A DNA stretch of 64,000 nucleotides from Candidatus Bathyarchaeia archaeon (GCA_049512075.1 JBEKXL010000001.1:64001-128000); one strand, 5' to 3'; counted from the stretch's first letter, positions 38,291 to 49,118 are shown. The notes: generated from the sequence alone by a model not told the origin. Program-made: numbers and translations.

Positions 38291-40351
38291 TCAAAGCCTG
38301 CGAGGGGAGTGCCAAAAACTCTCCATTTTTTCACTACAATCAGATGGATTTCGCACGGTTATCATCTCTTTTTGATAGTAGCTTGGAAGTTGTCGTTTGA
38401 TGTGAGGCTGGGTGACGCGTTCGTCCAGCATCGCTATACATCCTCTGTCTTCTGCTGACCTGTGAACGCGCCCACAAGCCTGAACAAGTCGCAGTATGGC
38501 TGGAGCGAAATAGGCGTAGGTTCTCCCTTTCCCCGGAAACTGCTGTTCAAGATAATCGATGAGCGATTCTTCATAGGCATTCCATGTTGCCAACGGTAAT
38601 CCCATAGCCACGACGCACTTGAGGATGTTTCCGGGGTAGTCCATTCCTTCACTCAGTTTGGCCCCCATGACTCCATAAAGAATGTTGTTGGACGAGCTTC
38701 TCAGCTTCTCAATCACCTCATCTCTTCTCGTGTTCTGCTCTTCCATAATCGTCCTTCTATTTGTCTTAATCAACCTTGCAACTTCATGCATCAGCCCGTA
38801 GCTCGTGAAGAAAACCGCCAAATTGCCTGGAGTAGCCCGCGCAATGGCTTCAACGTAGCTCTTCCATTTTTCAAGCATCACGTCCGTTCTCTTCTTAAAC
38901 TCTGATGACACATCCTCAGCTGCCAGTATGAGCCTGTTCTCCCGCGGAAAGGGAGAGTCAAACTCTTTCAGACAAACATTGCCTGAACTAGAAAGCATCA
39001 GATCTCTGTAAACGGTTAGCGGAGACAGAAAACCGCTCATGAGAATGGCTCCTCTTGCTTCTCTCAGAACTGGATCGACAATTTCTCTTCCGTCGAGGCT
39101 TCTGACCTCCAACGCAACCCGACTATTCCGATCTCTTTCAATCAGATGCACATATTTTGATCCAACATTGCTGAAAAAACTCTCCATGAACGTGCCGATT
39201 CGATAGTTGTAGCTCGAAATCCTATCGGAACCAGACTCAAGCCTCTTCTTTTTTACATATTCCCCATATTCCTGAAGGAGGCCCGCAACTTCAGGACCCG
39301 ACGCACCATTGTTAGCTACAAATATATCGCTGAGTTCTTGAGGGTTAAGCAGCCTTAAATCATTAGCCTTCAAATTGGATTGCGCACGTTGAAAAACCTC
39401 TTTCCTGAAAACCCGCAGATGCTCTTTGACTGACCCAGACGATTCATGTTCGAAAGTCTCAGTTTCTTTCAAGGCTCTTTCAACCGTGCCCTCCGTCAAC
39501 TGGTCGGAAAGCAATTCTCTGGCGAAGGTTGGCAGGTTGTGAGCCTCATCAACGATTAAGAAGACTTTAGAAAGGCCGACTCCGAAGCTCTTCAGTATCG
39601 ATTCCCTAATCGCGGGATCGAAGGCGTAATGATACGTTCCCAGAAAGATATTGGCCTTGGGCAGAACCCTCTTCAAGGCTTCATAGACGCAGAATCCTCT
39701 TCTGGACATGAACTCGACCGACTCTTCAGGCGTAAGAATTCTTCGCGCACAATCCAGAGCCAAATCCTCCGCCTCCCTTCTCCCTCTCAGAATGCTCATG
39801 TAGAATTTGCAGTAAGGCTTGGCGGAAGATTCGCAGTTCTCCTTCAGTCTCTTGCATTCTTCGAAAAAGTCAAAATAGGACAGATCACCCCTTGTCTTCA
39901 ACGGACACATGTCTTGTTTGCTGAAGAAGGAAATGCAGTAAAGATCTCTCGAGAGTGCCCTCAGCTCCTTGAGGTATATGTGCAGTTGGCTTCTGGTTCT
40001 GAAACAGATCATCAGTCTGTTTTCTCCGAGCTCAGGCAAAATCGCAAGCAGTGATGCAAGGGATTTGCCGATTCCACAAGGGGCGCTTCCAACAAAAATC
40101 TCTCTGCTTTTGACGGCTTTTGCGGCCTCTTGAATGAACTCCGTCTGACTGTTTCGCATTTCATAGTTTTCAGGAAGCATGCCGCTCTTCGGAATCTTGG
40201 GCTTCACACTGTAGCCACTTCTTCTGGGAAGACTCGAAGCCTTACTCTTGGGCATCAAGAATGTCCCACAGTCGCTACAAAACCGATTATTCTCGTACTC
40301 TTCCGAAGAGTATATCTTGCCGCAGGTGCGGCAGGCATAAGTCTGAGGCAA
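38291..40351 (-). CDS. XPD/Rad3/DinG-family Fe-S DNA helicase with N-terminal Zn ribbon
   Basis: APCGIGKS, Fe-S cysteines, IVDEAHN, FFTSY, SEGMD, QACGRVHRSAEDRG. Confidence 0.9.
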   Translation of the reverse strand: MPQTYACRTCGKIYSSEEYENNRFCSDCGTFLMPKSKASSLPRRSGYSVKPKIPKSGMLPENYEMRNSQTEFIQEAAKAVKSREIFVGSAPCGIGKSLASLLAILPELGENRLMICFRTRSQLHIYLKELRALSRDLYCISFFSKQDMCPLKTRGDLSYFDFFEECKRLKENCESSAKPYCKFYMSILRGRREAEDLALDCARRILTPEESVEFMSRRGFCVYEALKRVLPKANIFLGTYHYAFDPAIRESILKSFGVGLSKVFLIVDEAHNLPTFARELLSDQLTEGTVERALKETETFEHESSGSVKEHLRVFRKEVFQRAQSNLKANDLRLLNPQELSDIFVANNGASGPEVAGLLQEYGEYVKKKRLESGSDRISSYNYRIGTFMESFFSNVGSKYVHLIERDRNSRVALEVRSLDGREIVDPVLREARGAILMSGFLSPLTVYRDLMLSSSGNVCLKEFDSPFPRENRLILAAEDVSSEFKKRTDVMLEKWKSYVEAIARATPGNLAVFFTSYGLMHEVARLIKTNRRTIMEEQNTRRDEVIEKLRSSSNNILYGVMGAKLSEGMDYPGNILKCVVAMGLPLATWNAYEESLIDYLEQQFPGKGRTYAYFAPAILRLVQACGRVHRSAEDRGCIAMLDERVTQPHIKRQLPSYYQKEMITVRNPSDCSEKMESFWHSPRRL

Positions 40352-40873
40352 CTATTTCACGACAACACATACTTCAAATTGTCAACTTATACCTTGTTGG
40401 CATCTCAGATAGCCGAATGCATGATCCATGACGCCCGACTTAACGCGTGAGGGTATAAGGAGTGTTTTGAGTTAGAGGCGCTAGCGCGCACTACCGCACA
40501 CCCAAACCCAACAAATCATATTTAACTGCAATAGAAATAGACTTTATACTATATGTTATTGGTATTTTATCTAGGTATGTTCTAAGGGGTACATCACAGA
40601 AAAAGAGGGGAAGGAATGGCTAGTCATTGTCAACTAGCTATCAGCATTATGTCGAAACCGTAGAACAGAAAAACACGGAATAAGAGGTCATTTCTCTTAA
40701 TTCTTCCTTTTTACAGAACACCATAAGATTGCAATTATAGAGAAAACAAAACTGAATGAAACATCAACAAGTGTAAGCGCGCGCGCTGACACTCAAACAT
40801 CGAATTCAGGAACACGCATGAGAGCTAAGCCAAGAGGACTTCCATGGTCTTTTGCGTGTCTGGTGGGCAGAGG

Positions 40874-41431
40874 TTATTCGTAGAATATCAGTTGCTGTTC
40901 CTCGAGTATCACGTGAAGCTTGTGCACGGCGTCATGGACGTCCTGTTCTCTTCTGGCTCCGGTGCAGACAAGGTTCCCGCTCGCAAACAGCAGTATGACC
41001 ACTTTGGGCTCGTCCATCCTGTAGATCAAGCCTGGAAACTGCTCCGGCTCATACATCGTTTTTCCAAGTGTGGAAACTGCTTCCAAATCTATCTTTCCGC
41101 CTAGGCTTGCAGAAGCAACGATGTTCACAACCTTCAAGTCCGGCTTGCTGATGATGATTATTCCGCCCTTTTTCAGTTCTTTGACAACTGTCATAACAGC
41201 CCTGCGGGATTCCTTCTCCGATTTTGCCCCTGTGCAAACCATTTTACCAGAGCTAAAAATCAGCGTAGCCGTCTTCGGCCTCTTCAGCCTAAACACCAAG
41301 CCCGGAAACTGCTCCGGCCGATACTCCACCCCAGGATAACCCTTCACGACAGCGTTCAAGTCAACTTTCTGATTCAGAGTAGCAGACGCAACGACATTCT
41401 GAATATTAACGACAGCCTTGCTCTTCGGCAT
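40874..41431 (-). CDS. tbp: TATA-box-binding protein
   Basis: Two TBP repeats: IQNVVAS...YRPEQFPGL...IFSSGKMVCTGAK and NIVAS...YEPEQFPGL...LFASG.LVCTGA. Confidence 0.97.
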   Translation of the reverse strand: MPKSKAVVNIQNVVASATLNQKVDLNAVVKGYPGVEYRPEQFPGLVFRLKRPKTATLIFSSGKMVCTGAKSEKESRRAVMTVVKELKKGGIIIISKPDLKVVNIVASASLGGKIDLEAVSTLGKTMYEPEQFPGLIYRMDEPKVVILLFASGNLVCTGARREQDVHDAVHKLHVILEEQQLIFYE

Positions 41432-41686
41432 AAAACACAACTTCTTATAGTGAAGTGTTTGAACACCTATTATAAAGCCTTAGATTCAGTAGGTGGAGAC
41501 TTCTCCCTGGAAACCACAGTATTAAGCGCGCGCCGCGTGGAAAACATCAAGAAAACTACTAAAATTTGCCTGAATCAGTTTTGCTTTTTACTGAAATTCT
41601 AGCGAGATACCCGAGAACCCGAATGTCACCGTACGAGTGAACCCTGCCAGGATTCGCGTAATCCACACTTGTTTCGCAGGGTCTTC

Positions 41687-41974
41687 CTACTCTTTCGCAA
41701 GGGTTATTTCCACGGTTGAAACCATTCTCGCTCTGTTTTCTCCTTCTCTCGGTGGCATTTCCTCTGTTCCTATGGAGATTTTGCTTACTTTTAGGTCCTT
41801 TAGGAAGCGCCTTCTGGTTATTTCAGCCGCGTCAACAGCTGTGGCAATTGCTCGGCCTCTGGCCTTCAAGGTTATTTCTTTAGCATTGCTCGCGGATAGG
41901 CTTGTAATAATCGCCAGAACATAGTCCATTGGTGTTTTGCTTCCTATGAAAACGATTCCCGATTTTTCCGACAT
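41687..41974 (-). CDS. albA: Chromatin protein Alba
   Basis: VFIGSK.PMDYVLA, LKARGRAI..AVD.AE, VSTVEI.L. The symbol is unrelated to cyclodipeptide oxidase AlbA. Confidence 0.95.
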   Translation of the reverse strand: MSEKSGIVFIGSKTPMDYVLAIITSLSASNAKEITLKARGRAIATAVDAAEITRRRFLKDLKVSKISIGTEEMPPREGENRARMVSTVEITLAKE

Positions 41975-42479
41975 TTTCCATCACTCTTTTCATCATAGAT
42001 TGTAACGTTGCCGTGTTCTTCTCGTCCTTCAACAACAAAACGCTACTGCCCTATACTACGCATACTTCCTTATAAACCAATTAAACAAAAGAGCATCGTG
42101 AGAGTATTTTCGCGCTTTTGGGTGAGGAGATAGCCTTCCAGTGGGGCTGGGTGAAATCTCAAGCTGAAGAGAAGCGCGCGCTTCTGATGAACCATTTTGG
42201 CGACAGCCTGTAACTTATGAACCGAATGACAACCCAAAAAACTTGAAGGTTTACGAACCGAAATAGCAGCGCGCGCAAATTCTACTGCATCATCGAAAGC
42301 GCCAGTCAAACCGACATAGACGTGGACGTCTCTCTGCACGTCAAAAAAACCTAACGCCAACCCAGCCTCTTCCTACATCAACACGCGCAAAACAAGTAAA
42401 CGTTAATAGAGAAAGATAAAACCAGAAAATACAACTAAAACCCACCTAAAGGAATATCTGAGCATTGCAGAGGGCTAAG

Positions 42480-42758
42480 ATGAACCATCCCTGCATTGAA
42501 ACAGACAAGAAGATCTGCGGCGGCTTCCCGGTGATAAAGGGAACCAGAACGAGAGTCGTCAGCATAGCAATTGAATACGAATACATCAACCGTACACACG
42601 GCGAAATAATCAGCGCACGTCCCCACCTCAAGCTGGGACAAGTACACGACGCCATATCCTACTACTACGAAAACCGAAACGAACTGGACGAAAAGATAGA
42701 CAAGGACGAGCAATTCATCCAAGAACTTTCAAAGACCCTAGGAACGGATGGAAATTAA
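42480..42758 (+). CDS. DUF433 antitoxin-like protein
   Basis: ICGGFPVIKGTR, PHLKLGQVHDAISYYYEN. Confidence 0.85.
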   Translation: MNHPCIETDKKICGGFPVIKGTRTRVVSIAIEYEYINRTHGEIISARPHLKLGQVHDAISYYYENRNELDEKIDKDEQFIQELSKTLGTDGN

Positions 42759-42857
42759 CCAAGCGCATCCCAACCAAAGCGTGCGCCGAGAAAAGTGGCA
42801 CCGAAATGTAAGAAAGTATAGATAAAAGTAATACAAGTTTACTAAGTGGTAACCAAA

Positions 42858-43109
42858 ATGCCCACAAAGAACGTTGGCCCAAAAGGACAAGTTGTGATTC
42901 CTAAACGCATAAGAAATGCCCTAGGTCTAAAGCCAGGTGTCGACGTGACCATAGAACTCAGAGGAGACGAAATAGTGATAAGCAAACCAAAAATTGAAGG
43001 CAGCTACACCGAGTACTATACTTCCACACAGTCTGCAAAGCTAAAGGAGCCGGCGGATATCAAAAAGATAATAACCGAAGAGGTAACCCAGAGACATGCC
43101 CTACATTGA
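42858..43109 (+). CDS. AbrB/MazE/SpoVT-family antitoxin (VapB-like)
   Basis: VGPKGQVVIPKRIRNALGLKPG. Confidence 0.9.
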   Translation: MPTKNVGPKGQVVIPKRIRNALGLKPGVDVTIELRGDEIVISKPKIEGSYTEYYTSTQSAKLKEPADIKKIITEEVTQRHALH

Positions 43110-43504
43110 TTCCAACGTGTTTATATACCCCGCCATATACCAAACAGAATCGCAACAAAAGGCAAAAAAAGCCAAAGAAATACTCCTAAAGATAGAAAAA
43201 GGAGATATCAGCACACACGTCAACGCTGACATGGGATGAAGTCGTATGGGTTGTCGGCAAGCTATTAAGCAGAGATGACGGAATAAACTAGGGCAAAAAA
43301 CTACTCGGCTTCCCAAACCTGGAAGTCATAAACGTAGACGAAGGGATACTGACCCTAGCCCAAAACCTATTAAACAAATACAAGCTCAGCCCGCGCGATT
43401 CCATACACGCAGCCTCGGCAGTCAGCAGAAAGATAAAAGCAGTTATCAGCGACGACAAAGACTTTGACCAAGTCAAAGAAATAACTAGAGCTCCGCTAGG
43501 ATAA
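43096..43504 (+). pseudogene. vapC: VapC PIN-domain toxin, frameshifted and with an in-frame stop
   Basis: MPYIDSNVF... then a frameshift near 43210 into TSTLTWDEVVW, TAG at 43289-43291, then LSPRDSIHAASA...ISDDKDFD. Confidence 0.85.
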
Positions 43505-43783
43505 CACCCACGCGCGCTTCCCTCCAGTGCCAGAGTCGCCATCAAACAAAGGTTTCTCCCAGCAAACTGTTCAGACTTGCCTACCTAAAACCGCACACGC
43601 AGACACAACAAATCAGATTTGCTCCGAATGGAGGGGCCTACACCCATTGCACGCACACACAAACTACAGAACGACGTTGCCATACCAGAAAACTCGACAC
43701 GAAACATGACCCCTTGCAAAATCATCTAGGTCATATCGGGGACCCGGGGTAGGCCGTGAGAGCGCAAGCAATTCTAGGATGGT

Positions 43784-44692
43784 TTATACGATTATTTTGA
43801 AGAAGTCTCTTTCCGTTATAATGCCCACAAGCTTCTCATTCTTCACGACGGGCATAGCGCCTATGTTCTTCTCCCGCATAACCTTCGCCGCCTGCCCCAC
43901 ATCCACATCTGGCTCAATCGTCGTCACCGCCTTTGAAGCTATCTCCAAAGCAGGATTATTCAACACTTGGATAATCGTTCCAGACCGCAAATACGCAAAC
44001 GCCTCCCCACACCCGAAGAACCGAATAATATCCATAGCCGTAATTATGCCCACAATCTTCCCATCCGACACAATCGGCAGCCTCCTGAAACCCTCCGTAG
44101 CCATCGTCTTCTCCGCCTCGAAAATCGTCGTCTTCGGCAAAGCGGTTATCACCTTCTCCGACATAAGCTGAGACACTTTCACGCCGCTTGTCCTGTCAGC
44201 GAAAAGGTTTGCAATGTCCCTTTCAGTGATTATCGCCTTCACGCTGCCTTTTTCGTCGACAACGGGCAGACCGCCCAGGTTCGACTCCTTCATCTTTCCT
44301 ATCGCTTCACTTATCTTCGCAGACGTCTTCACCGATACAACGTTCTGCGTCATCACCAGCTTTATCGGCTCGTTAATCGCCTTGAAAAAGTTGCCACCAA
44401 ACCTCTGCCGAACCATCTCAAACTTCTCGCCCCCGCCCAAATAGTCAACCACGTCCGTAGCAGTCACTATCCCTTCCAGATGCTTGGTTCCAGCGTTGAC
44501 GATGGGCAACCGACGAAAACCCTTGTCCGCCATCAAGTGGATGGCATCGTAAATCGGCGTGGTCGGAGCCACCATGACAACTGGACTCTTCGCTACGGTC
44601 AAGATTTCGCCGTCACGCTTCTTCGCCCCGTGAACTTTTAAGTCAACGGGACCCCTTCCCCTGATTCTTCTCCTGAAACCTTCTTTGCTCAA
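43784..44692 (-). CDS. CBS-domain protein (four CBS domains)
   Basis: Repeated GFRRLPIV / GIITxxD CBS motifs. Confidence 0.9.
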   Translation of the reverse strand: MSKEGFRRRIRGRGPVDLKVHGAKKRDGEILTVAKSPVVMVAPTTPIYDAIHLMADKGFRRLPIVNAGTKHLEGIVTATDVVDYLGGGEKFEMVRQRFGGNFFKAINEPIKLVMTQNVVSVKTSAKISEAIGKMKESNLGGLPVVDEKGSVKAIITERDIANLFADRTSGVKVSQLMSEKVITALPKTTIFEAEKTMATEGFRRLPIVSDGKIVGIITAMDIIRFFGCGEAFAYLRSGTIIQVLNNPALEIASKAVTTIEPDVDVGQAAKVMREKNIGAMPVVKNEKLVGIITERDFFKIIV

Positions 44693-44702
44693 CTGTTTTC
44701 CC

Positions 44703-45497
44703 TCACTTCACGGTCAGCCTAACAATGTCTTCGCGGTCAACTATGCCGATGAGCCTGCCGCCTTTGTCCTTAACCGGAACCCTGCCTATGTCCTTTGAAA
44801 CCATGACCTTGGCAACTCTTATCGCCTTTACCGAAGGCTCCACGGCCACGACCTCCGTCTTCATCACAGAAGAGATTTTGGGCGAACCGCGAATCTTTTG
44901 AGACTCAAACGTCGGCAGATAGGCGCCGCTCTGCAGCAGATCCTTGTGCGTCACGATGCCTACAAGTTTACCGTTCTTAACCACTGGAAGGCCGGCGAAA
45001 CGCCTCTCCTGCATCAGACGCCAAATGTGTTCAACCTCGTCATCCGGCGAACACGTCACAACGTCCTTGGTCATTATTTCCGAGACGTCTTTCGCGAATT
45101 TTTCTGGGTTTGTTTCGATTTGCTGTTCTATGAACGTTTCCAGTCCTAAGACTCCTTGGTAGGTTCCGTCTTGAGGCGACGTGACAACTGGCGCGCACCA
45201 CACGTCCACTTTGAGCATGGTTTTAACGGTTGACGTCACGTCATCGTCGACCGTTGCAACGTGCTTTGCAGGGGTCATTATACCCTTGACAAGAATCGAA
45301 GATTTGGATGACGATATGGCCATAACGTCGCGTCTGGACACTTTTCCTAGAAGCTTTTTGTTCCCGTCCGTTACGGGCAGAATCCTGAGGTTGAAGTCCC
45401 GTATCATTGCACGGGCTTTTGTGGCGAGCTCATCCAAGTAAATGGAAGGGTGTTTTCCATCCATGATTTCTTTGACACGCAAGCGAGCCCCTCTCAC
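44703..45497 (-). CDS. CBS-domain protein (four CBS domains)
   Basis: LPV...G.V...D CBS repeats; overlaps the neighbouring gene. Confidence 0.9.
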   Translation of the reverse strand: MRGARLRVKEIMDGKHPSIYLDELATKARAMIRDFNLRILPVTDGNKKLLGKVSRRDVMAISSSKSSILVKGIMTPAKHVATVDDDVTSTVKTMLKVDVWCAPVVTSPQDGTYQGVLGLETFIEQQIETNPEKFAKDVSEIMTKDVVTCSPDDEVEHIWRLMQERRFAGLPVVKNGKLVGIVTHKDLLQSGAYLPTFESQKIRGSPKISSVMKTEVVAVEPSVKAIRVAKVMVSKDIGRVPVKDKGGRLIGIVDREDIVRLTVK

Positions 45498-46081
45498 TCT
45501 TCGGTTTCTTCCAGTTCAACCCTGCAGTCTTCACAGTGGTATTCGCCGTTGACTTCTGTCAGGGTGTCAGACCAGACGCCGCAGTGGTCGCAGTACCCTG
45601 CCAGCGGGGCCGGTTCGTCGTGTTCCTCTTCAGCCATGTTTTCGCCTTCAATCATGGCTTTTTCCTGGATTATTTCGAGGAGTTCAGGCATGACGCCAAG
45701 GACGTCTTTGCTCGAGATTATGCCGACGAGCCGTCCCTTGTACACGACGCCCAGCCTTCCTATGTTCAACCTGCTCATCCTTCGGGCAGTCTCCGTGATC
45801 GTAGCGTCCGGCTCTATCGTGATAAGCGGCGACGTCATGACTTCCTCGGCTTTAAGCGCGTCTGGTTTGGCGTTCTTGGCCAGCACTCTCAGGACGAGGT
45901 CTCTTTCGGTTATTACGCCGATTGGTTTTTCCTCTTTAGTCGTCACTATTATGCAGCCCACATCGTGCTTGTCCATAAGCTCCGCAACACGGTTCGCCAG
46001 CGCGTTTTCCTCCACAGTAATGACTGGGCTACTCATGACATCCTTGACCAGCATCTTAGGCCTTAACCCCAAATCAGACAT
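45494..46081 (-). CDS. CBS-pair protein with C-terminal zinc finger
   Basis: CBS pair followed by GYCDHCG...CEDC. Confidence 0.88.
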   Translation of the reverse strand: MSDLGLRPKMLVKDVMSSPVITVEENALANRVAELMDKHDVGCIIVTTKEEKPIGVITERDLVLRVLAKNAKPDALKAEEVMTSPLITIEPDATITETARRMSRLNIGRLGVVYKGRLVGIISSKDVLGVMPELLEIIQEKAMIEGENMAEEEHDEPAPLAGYCDHCGVWSDTLTEVNGEYHCEDCRVELEETEE

Positions 46082-46255
46082 TTTGTTCAGCCACACCAAC
46101 TCGTGCTTCGAAACGCTTTGACTTTACTCAACTGAAAAGATACGCTGTAATTTAAGACTTGCTAACGCAGGATAAGGAACCGATTGAAACCCTTTTTTGC
46201 CATGCGCCAAGTTTTATATGCCTCCACTTATAGAGACAGTTCCCCGAAGAGAGGA

Positions 46256-47161
46256 ATGCCCATGCTGAGGACTAACGTTGACAAGTTGGTGAGGCTTTCT
46301 GTATTCGGAGAGGCCGCCAGCCCAGTTTTCGGGAGAGGTGTTTACAGGATTTCAGCGCAAGGCAACCCTATGGTTTTGCCGGGCGTGGGCGGTATCACTT
46401 ACAACGTCAGGGTTGGCGATCCAGCTTGCGGCTGGGAGGCTGATCACGTGGAGCCAGGCGTGAGTGTCGAGAACAAGGAGAATGACGTGCGGTTTGGGCA
46501 GGGCGCGAACGCCGCGTTCAACGTACTTTCATGCGTCGGAAACGAGGCTGTCGTAGTTACTGGCGAGGCAAAAGGCGCGAAGGGCGTTGTCACGGGCAAA
46601 CACGGCGGAATAGAGCACGTTCTGGTGGACGTTCAGCCCGAGGTCATGGAGAAACTCATGCTCGGCGACAAGTTCCTAGTGAAAGCCTTCGGCGTGGGCT
46701 TGAAGCTTCTGGATTGTCCAGACATAATCGTCATGAACATAGACCCACGATTTCTTGAAGCGCTCAATCCAAAGGCGAAGGGTGACAAACTGGAGGTACC
46801 CGTGACACATGTAGTTCCCGCGGCCATCATGGGTTCAGGACTCGGCTCAGACAACACGTATTCGGGAGATTATGACATCCAACTCTTCGACGAGAAAGCA
46901 AGAAAGCAATACAAACTTGACAGTCTGAGGCTCGGCGACCTAGTCGCCATAACCGATGCGGACCACTCGTTCGGAAGGATTTACAGGCAGGGCGCGATTT
47001 CAGTAGGCATCGTCGTACACACGAACTGCGTGTCAGCAGGCCACGGGCCGGGAGTAACAACTCTGTTCACATCTCGCACTGGAAAAATCACCCCGAAGAT
47101 AGACGCGAAAGCAAACATTGCGACCATCCTGAAGCTGAGAAACACCAAGCCAAAGCGTTGA
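46256..47161 (+). CDS. DUF4438 family protein
   Basis: LPGVGGITYNVRVGD, DHVEPGVS, CVGNEA, VTGKHGG, GDYDI, GHGPG. Confidence 0.8.
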   Translation: MPMLRTNVDKLVRLSVFGEAASPVFGRGVYRISAQGNPMVLPGVGGITYNVRVGDPACGWEADHVEPGVSVENKENDVRFGQGANAAFNVLSCVGNEAVVVTGEAKGAKGVVTGKHGGIEHVLVDVQPEVMEKLMLGDKFLVKAFGVGLKLLDCPDIIVMNIDPRFLEALNPKAKGDKLEVPVTHVVPAAIMGSGLGSDNTYSGDYDIQLFDEKARKQYKLDSLRLGDLVAITDADHSFGRIYRQGAISVGIVVHTNCVSAGHGPGVTTLFTSRTGKITPKIDAKANIATILKLRNTKPKR

Positions 47162-47698
47162 ACAGGCACGCTAAGGTTCCAGCCCCTGCCTGCGAGTGCT
47201 TAATTCTTAAATAAGACTTAGCGCGCTGAAGCCTACAATAGGAGTTGCATCAAGCATGTAACTACTAGCAGGTGTGCTCGCACGTATAGATTGGAGCTCG
47301 AAGTCGTTTAGGCCATGCAAAAATGTGCCGCAAACTACGCGCGCGGCAACGAACATAAGGCTCACGGGCGGCGAATACGCGCGAACCTATACATTCGCGC
47401 CTGAGTTGGAAGGAAAATATAACGTTGAAGTAACCTTCGCCTATGATTCCACCGTAGACACCTTTAACGGACAATCGTAAATAGTTGCCTAGAAACTCCG
47501 CGGGCGCTAGGGCTAGTGTTCACAATTAACGTGAAGATCTTAAATGGAGTGCCAATACTAGGCATTGCAAGCTCAATTCTCCCTTTCTTCATTGCGCAGG
47601 ATTTCGATGAAAAACAAGTGAGCGGCACCAGCGTGAGAATAGATATATAAACCTACATGTTCATTTGTGTGTTGAAGGATGATTTAGGAGTAATCAGG

Positions 47699-47995
47699 TT
47701 GCCTTTTAAGCGTAAGAGCCGTGGTAGATCTAAAGGTGGCAAAGGCAGTAGCGGTTCTATTCAGTGTGCCAGTTGCGGAGCTATGGTGCCGCGGGATAAG
47801 GCCAAGAAGGTTACTAAGAGGCTTTCTTTCGTCGATTATGCCTTGGCCAAGGAGCTTCGGCAGAAGGGCACGTACATTGCCGTGCCATCCGACACGAAGT
47901 ACTACTGCGTTTCATGCGCGGTCCATCGAGGAGTAGTGAAGGTTAGAGCTGAGAGCGAGCGTCACATGCGCACGCGACCGGGAAGAAGATACTGA
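47699..47995 (+). CDS. rps26e: 30S ribosomal protein S26e
   Basis: PFKRKSRGR, QCASCG..VPRDKAKK, YCVSCAVHRGVVKVR; TTG start after AGGAG. Confidence 0.95.
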   Translation: MPFKRKSRGRSKGGKGSSGSIQCASCGAMVPRDKAKKVTKRLSFVDYALAKELRQKGTYIAVPSDTKYYCVSCAVHRGVVKVRAESERHMRTRPGRRY

Positions 47996-47998
47996 AGT

Positions 47999-48610
47999 TC
48001 AGACAGTTTCCTTTTTCTTTGATTTTCCGTGAACGTACAGGCCTCTCTGCAAGACCGTCAAGTTTGAGAGTATTGCAAGCAGGATGACACCGACGTTCAT
48101 CACCGTCGTCGGCTGCCAAAAAACTGCTATCAGGGTTGCCACGAGCAGTATGATCATGCGCTCCGCTCTCTCTGCCAGGCCGACTGACTCCATTTTGATT
48201 CCAGCCGCTTCTGCCCTTGCACGACTGTAACTCACGAGGAGGGAACCGACTGTCGCGATCAAGCCCCACAGAACGTTGCACAGGCCCCCCACGATTATAC
48301 CGAAGTAAACTGCGGCGTCAGCGTACCTGTCTAGCACAGAATCCAAAAAACCGCCCAAAACCGTTGCCTGCCCGTACAGCCTCGCGACTATTCCGTCCAA
48401 CGCGTCGCAGAAACCTGAGAGCAAGAGCAGAACAAACGCGAGCAGAAGAAAAAACGTGCGGTTCTGCCATTCTGCATAAGCGAAGGCTGATAGAAAAGCC
48501 AATAGCATGCCTGTGCCGGTTATCATGTTAGGCGTCAAGCCTATTCTGTGAGCCGCTCTTGCCTCAGCTGCAAGCGCCTGCTGGACCTTCTGCTTCAGTC
48601 TCGTGAGCAT
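47999..48610 (-). CDS. pgsA: CDP-alcohol phosphatidyltransferase (archaetidylinositol-phosphate synthase-like)
   Basis: TPN, DALDG.VAR...G.FLDSVLDRYAD, SYSRARAE, ERAER. Confidence 0.9.
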   Translation of the reverse strand: MLTRLKQKVQQALAAEARAAHRIGLTPNMITGTGMLLAFLSAFAYAEWQNRTFFLLLAFVLLLLSGFCDALDGIVARLYGQATVLGGFLDSVLDRYADAAVYFGIIVGGLCNVLWGLIATVGSLLVSYSRARAEAAGIKMESVGLAERAERMIILLVATLIAVFWQPTTVMNVGVILLAILSNLTVLQRGLYVHGKSKKKETV

Positions 48611-48683
48611 TTACGGTTGCTTCTCCAGCAATTCTTAATTAAGCTTGGATATGTAAAGAGCTTGAGTTAAAAGGTGTTTGGAG

Positions 48684-48977
48684 ATGATTAACGTCACTAC
48701 TGTTAAGGTTGACGGCAAAGCTTGTCTGGGCTTGAGAGTCGATTTGCCCGAGAGCCCACCCCTGCTTCTTATGGTCGCGGACAAAGGCTTCGTGATGTGC
48801 GGCTTCCTAAACATTGACGCAGCTGAAAAACTGGGCGTGGCGGCAGCCATGGTCAGCGGAGTGAAAACCTTCGAAGACGTACTCAACGCACAAGTCAAGG
48901 CTACAACGACCAAAGCGAAAAACTCGGGCGTCGATGCCGGGATGAAAGGATCTGAAGCCTTGAAGCACATGTCCTAG
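48684..48977 (+). CDS. YunC/DUF1805 family protein
   Basis: GFVMCGFLNI.AAEKLG.AAA.VSGVKTFED.L, GM.G.EAL. Confidence 0.85.
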   Translation: MINVTTVKVDGKACLGLRVDLPESPPLLLMVADKGFVMCGFLNIDAAEKLGVAAAMVSGVKTFEDVLNAQVKATTTKAKNSGVDAGMKGSEALKHMS

Positions 48978-49118
48978 AACCTGGCCTTCAGCAGCTTTAC
49001 TGCGCATGAGAGGGCAACTCCCTATTTCGGGTTCTTGCGAGCATTTCAAGGCTCTCAGTGCGCGTGTGTTATGTTCTTATAGGTGCGAACTAGTCTGTAG
49101 CCTACTGGGTGTTAGGAG

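Noticed and set aside
41500-42150. ORB-like motifs (CCCTGGAAAC, CGTGGAAAAC, TTCCAGTGG) suggesting a replication origin
   Set aside because: Partial matches only, no G-string, no orc1/cdc6 in the window.
43967-46121. Long antisense ORFs over the CBS genes, and similar shadow ORFs over other genes
   Set aside because: They lie opposite well-supported genes and lack motifs; explained by codon bias.
47274-47480. 68-aa ORF between the DUF4438 gene and rps26e
   Set aside because: No family motif and it contains a (CG)4 tract; at best a gene fragment.
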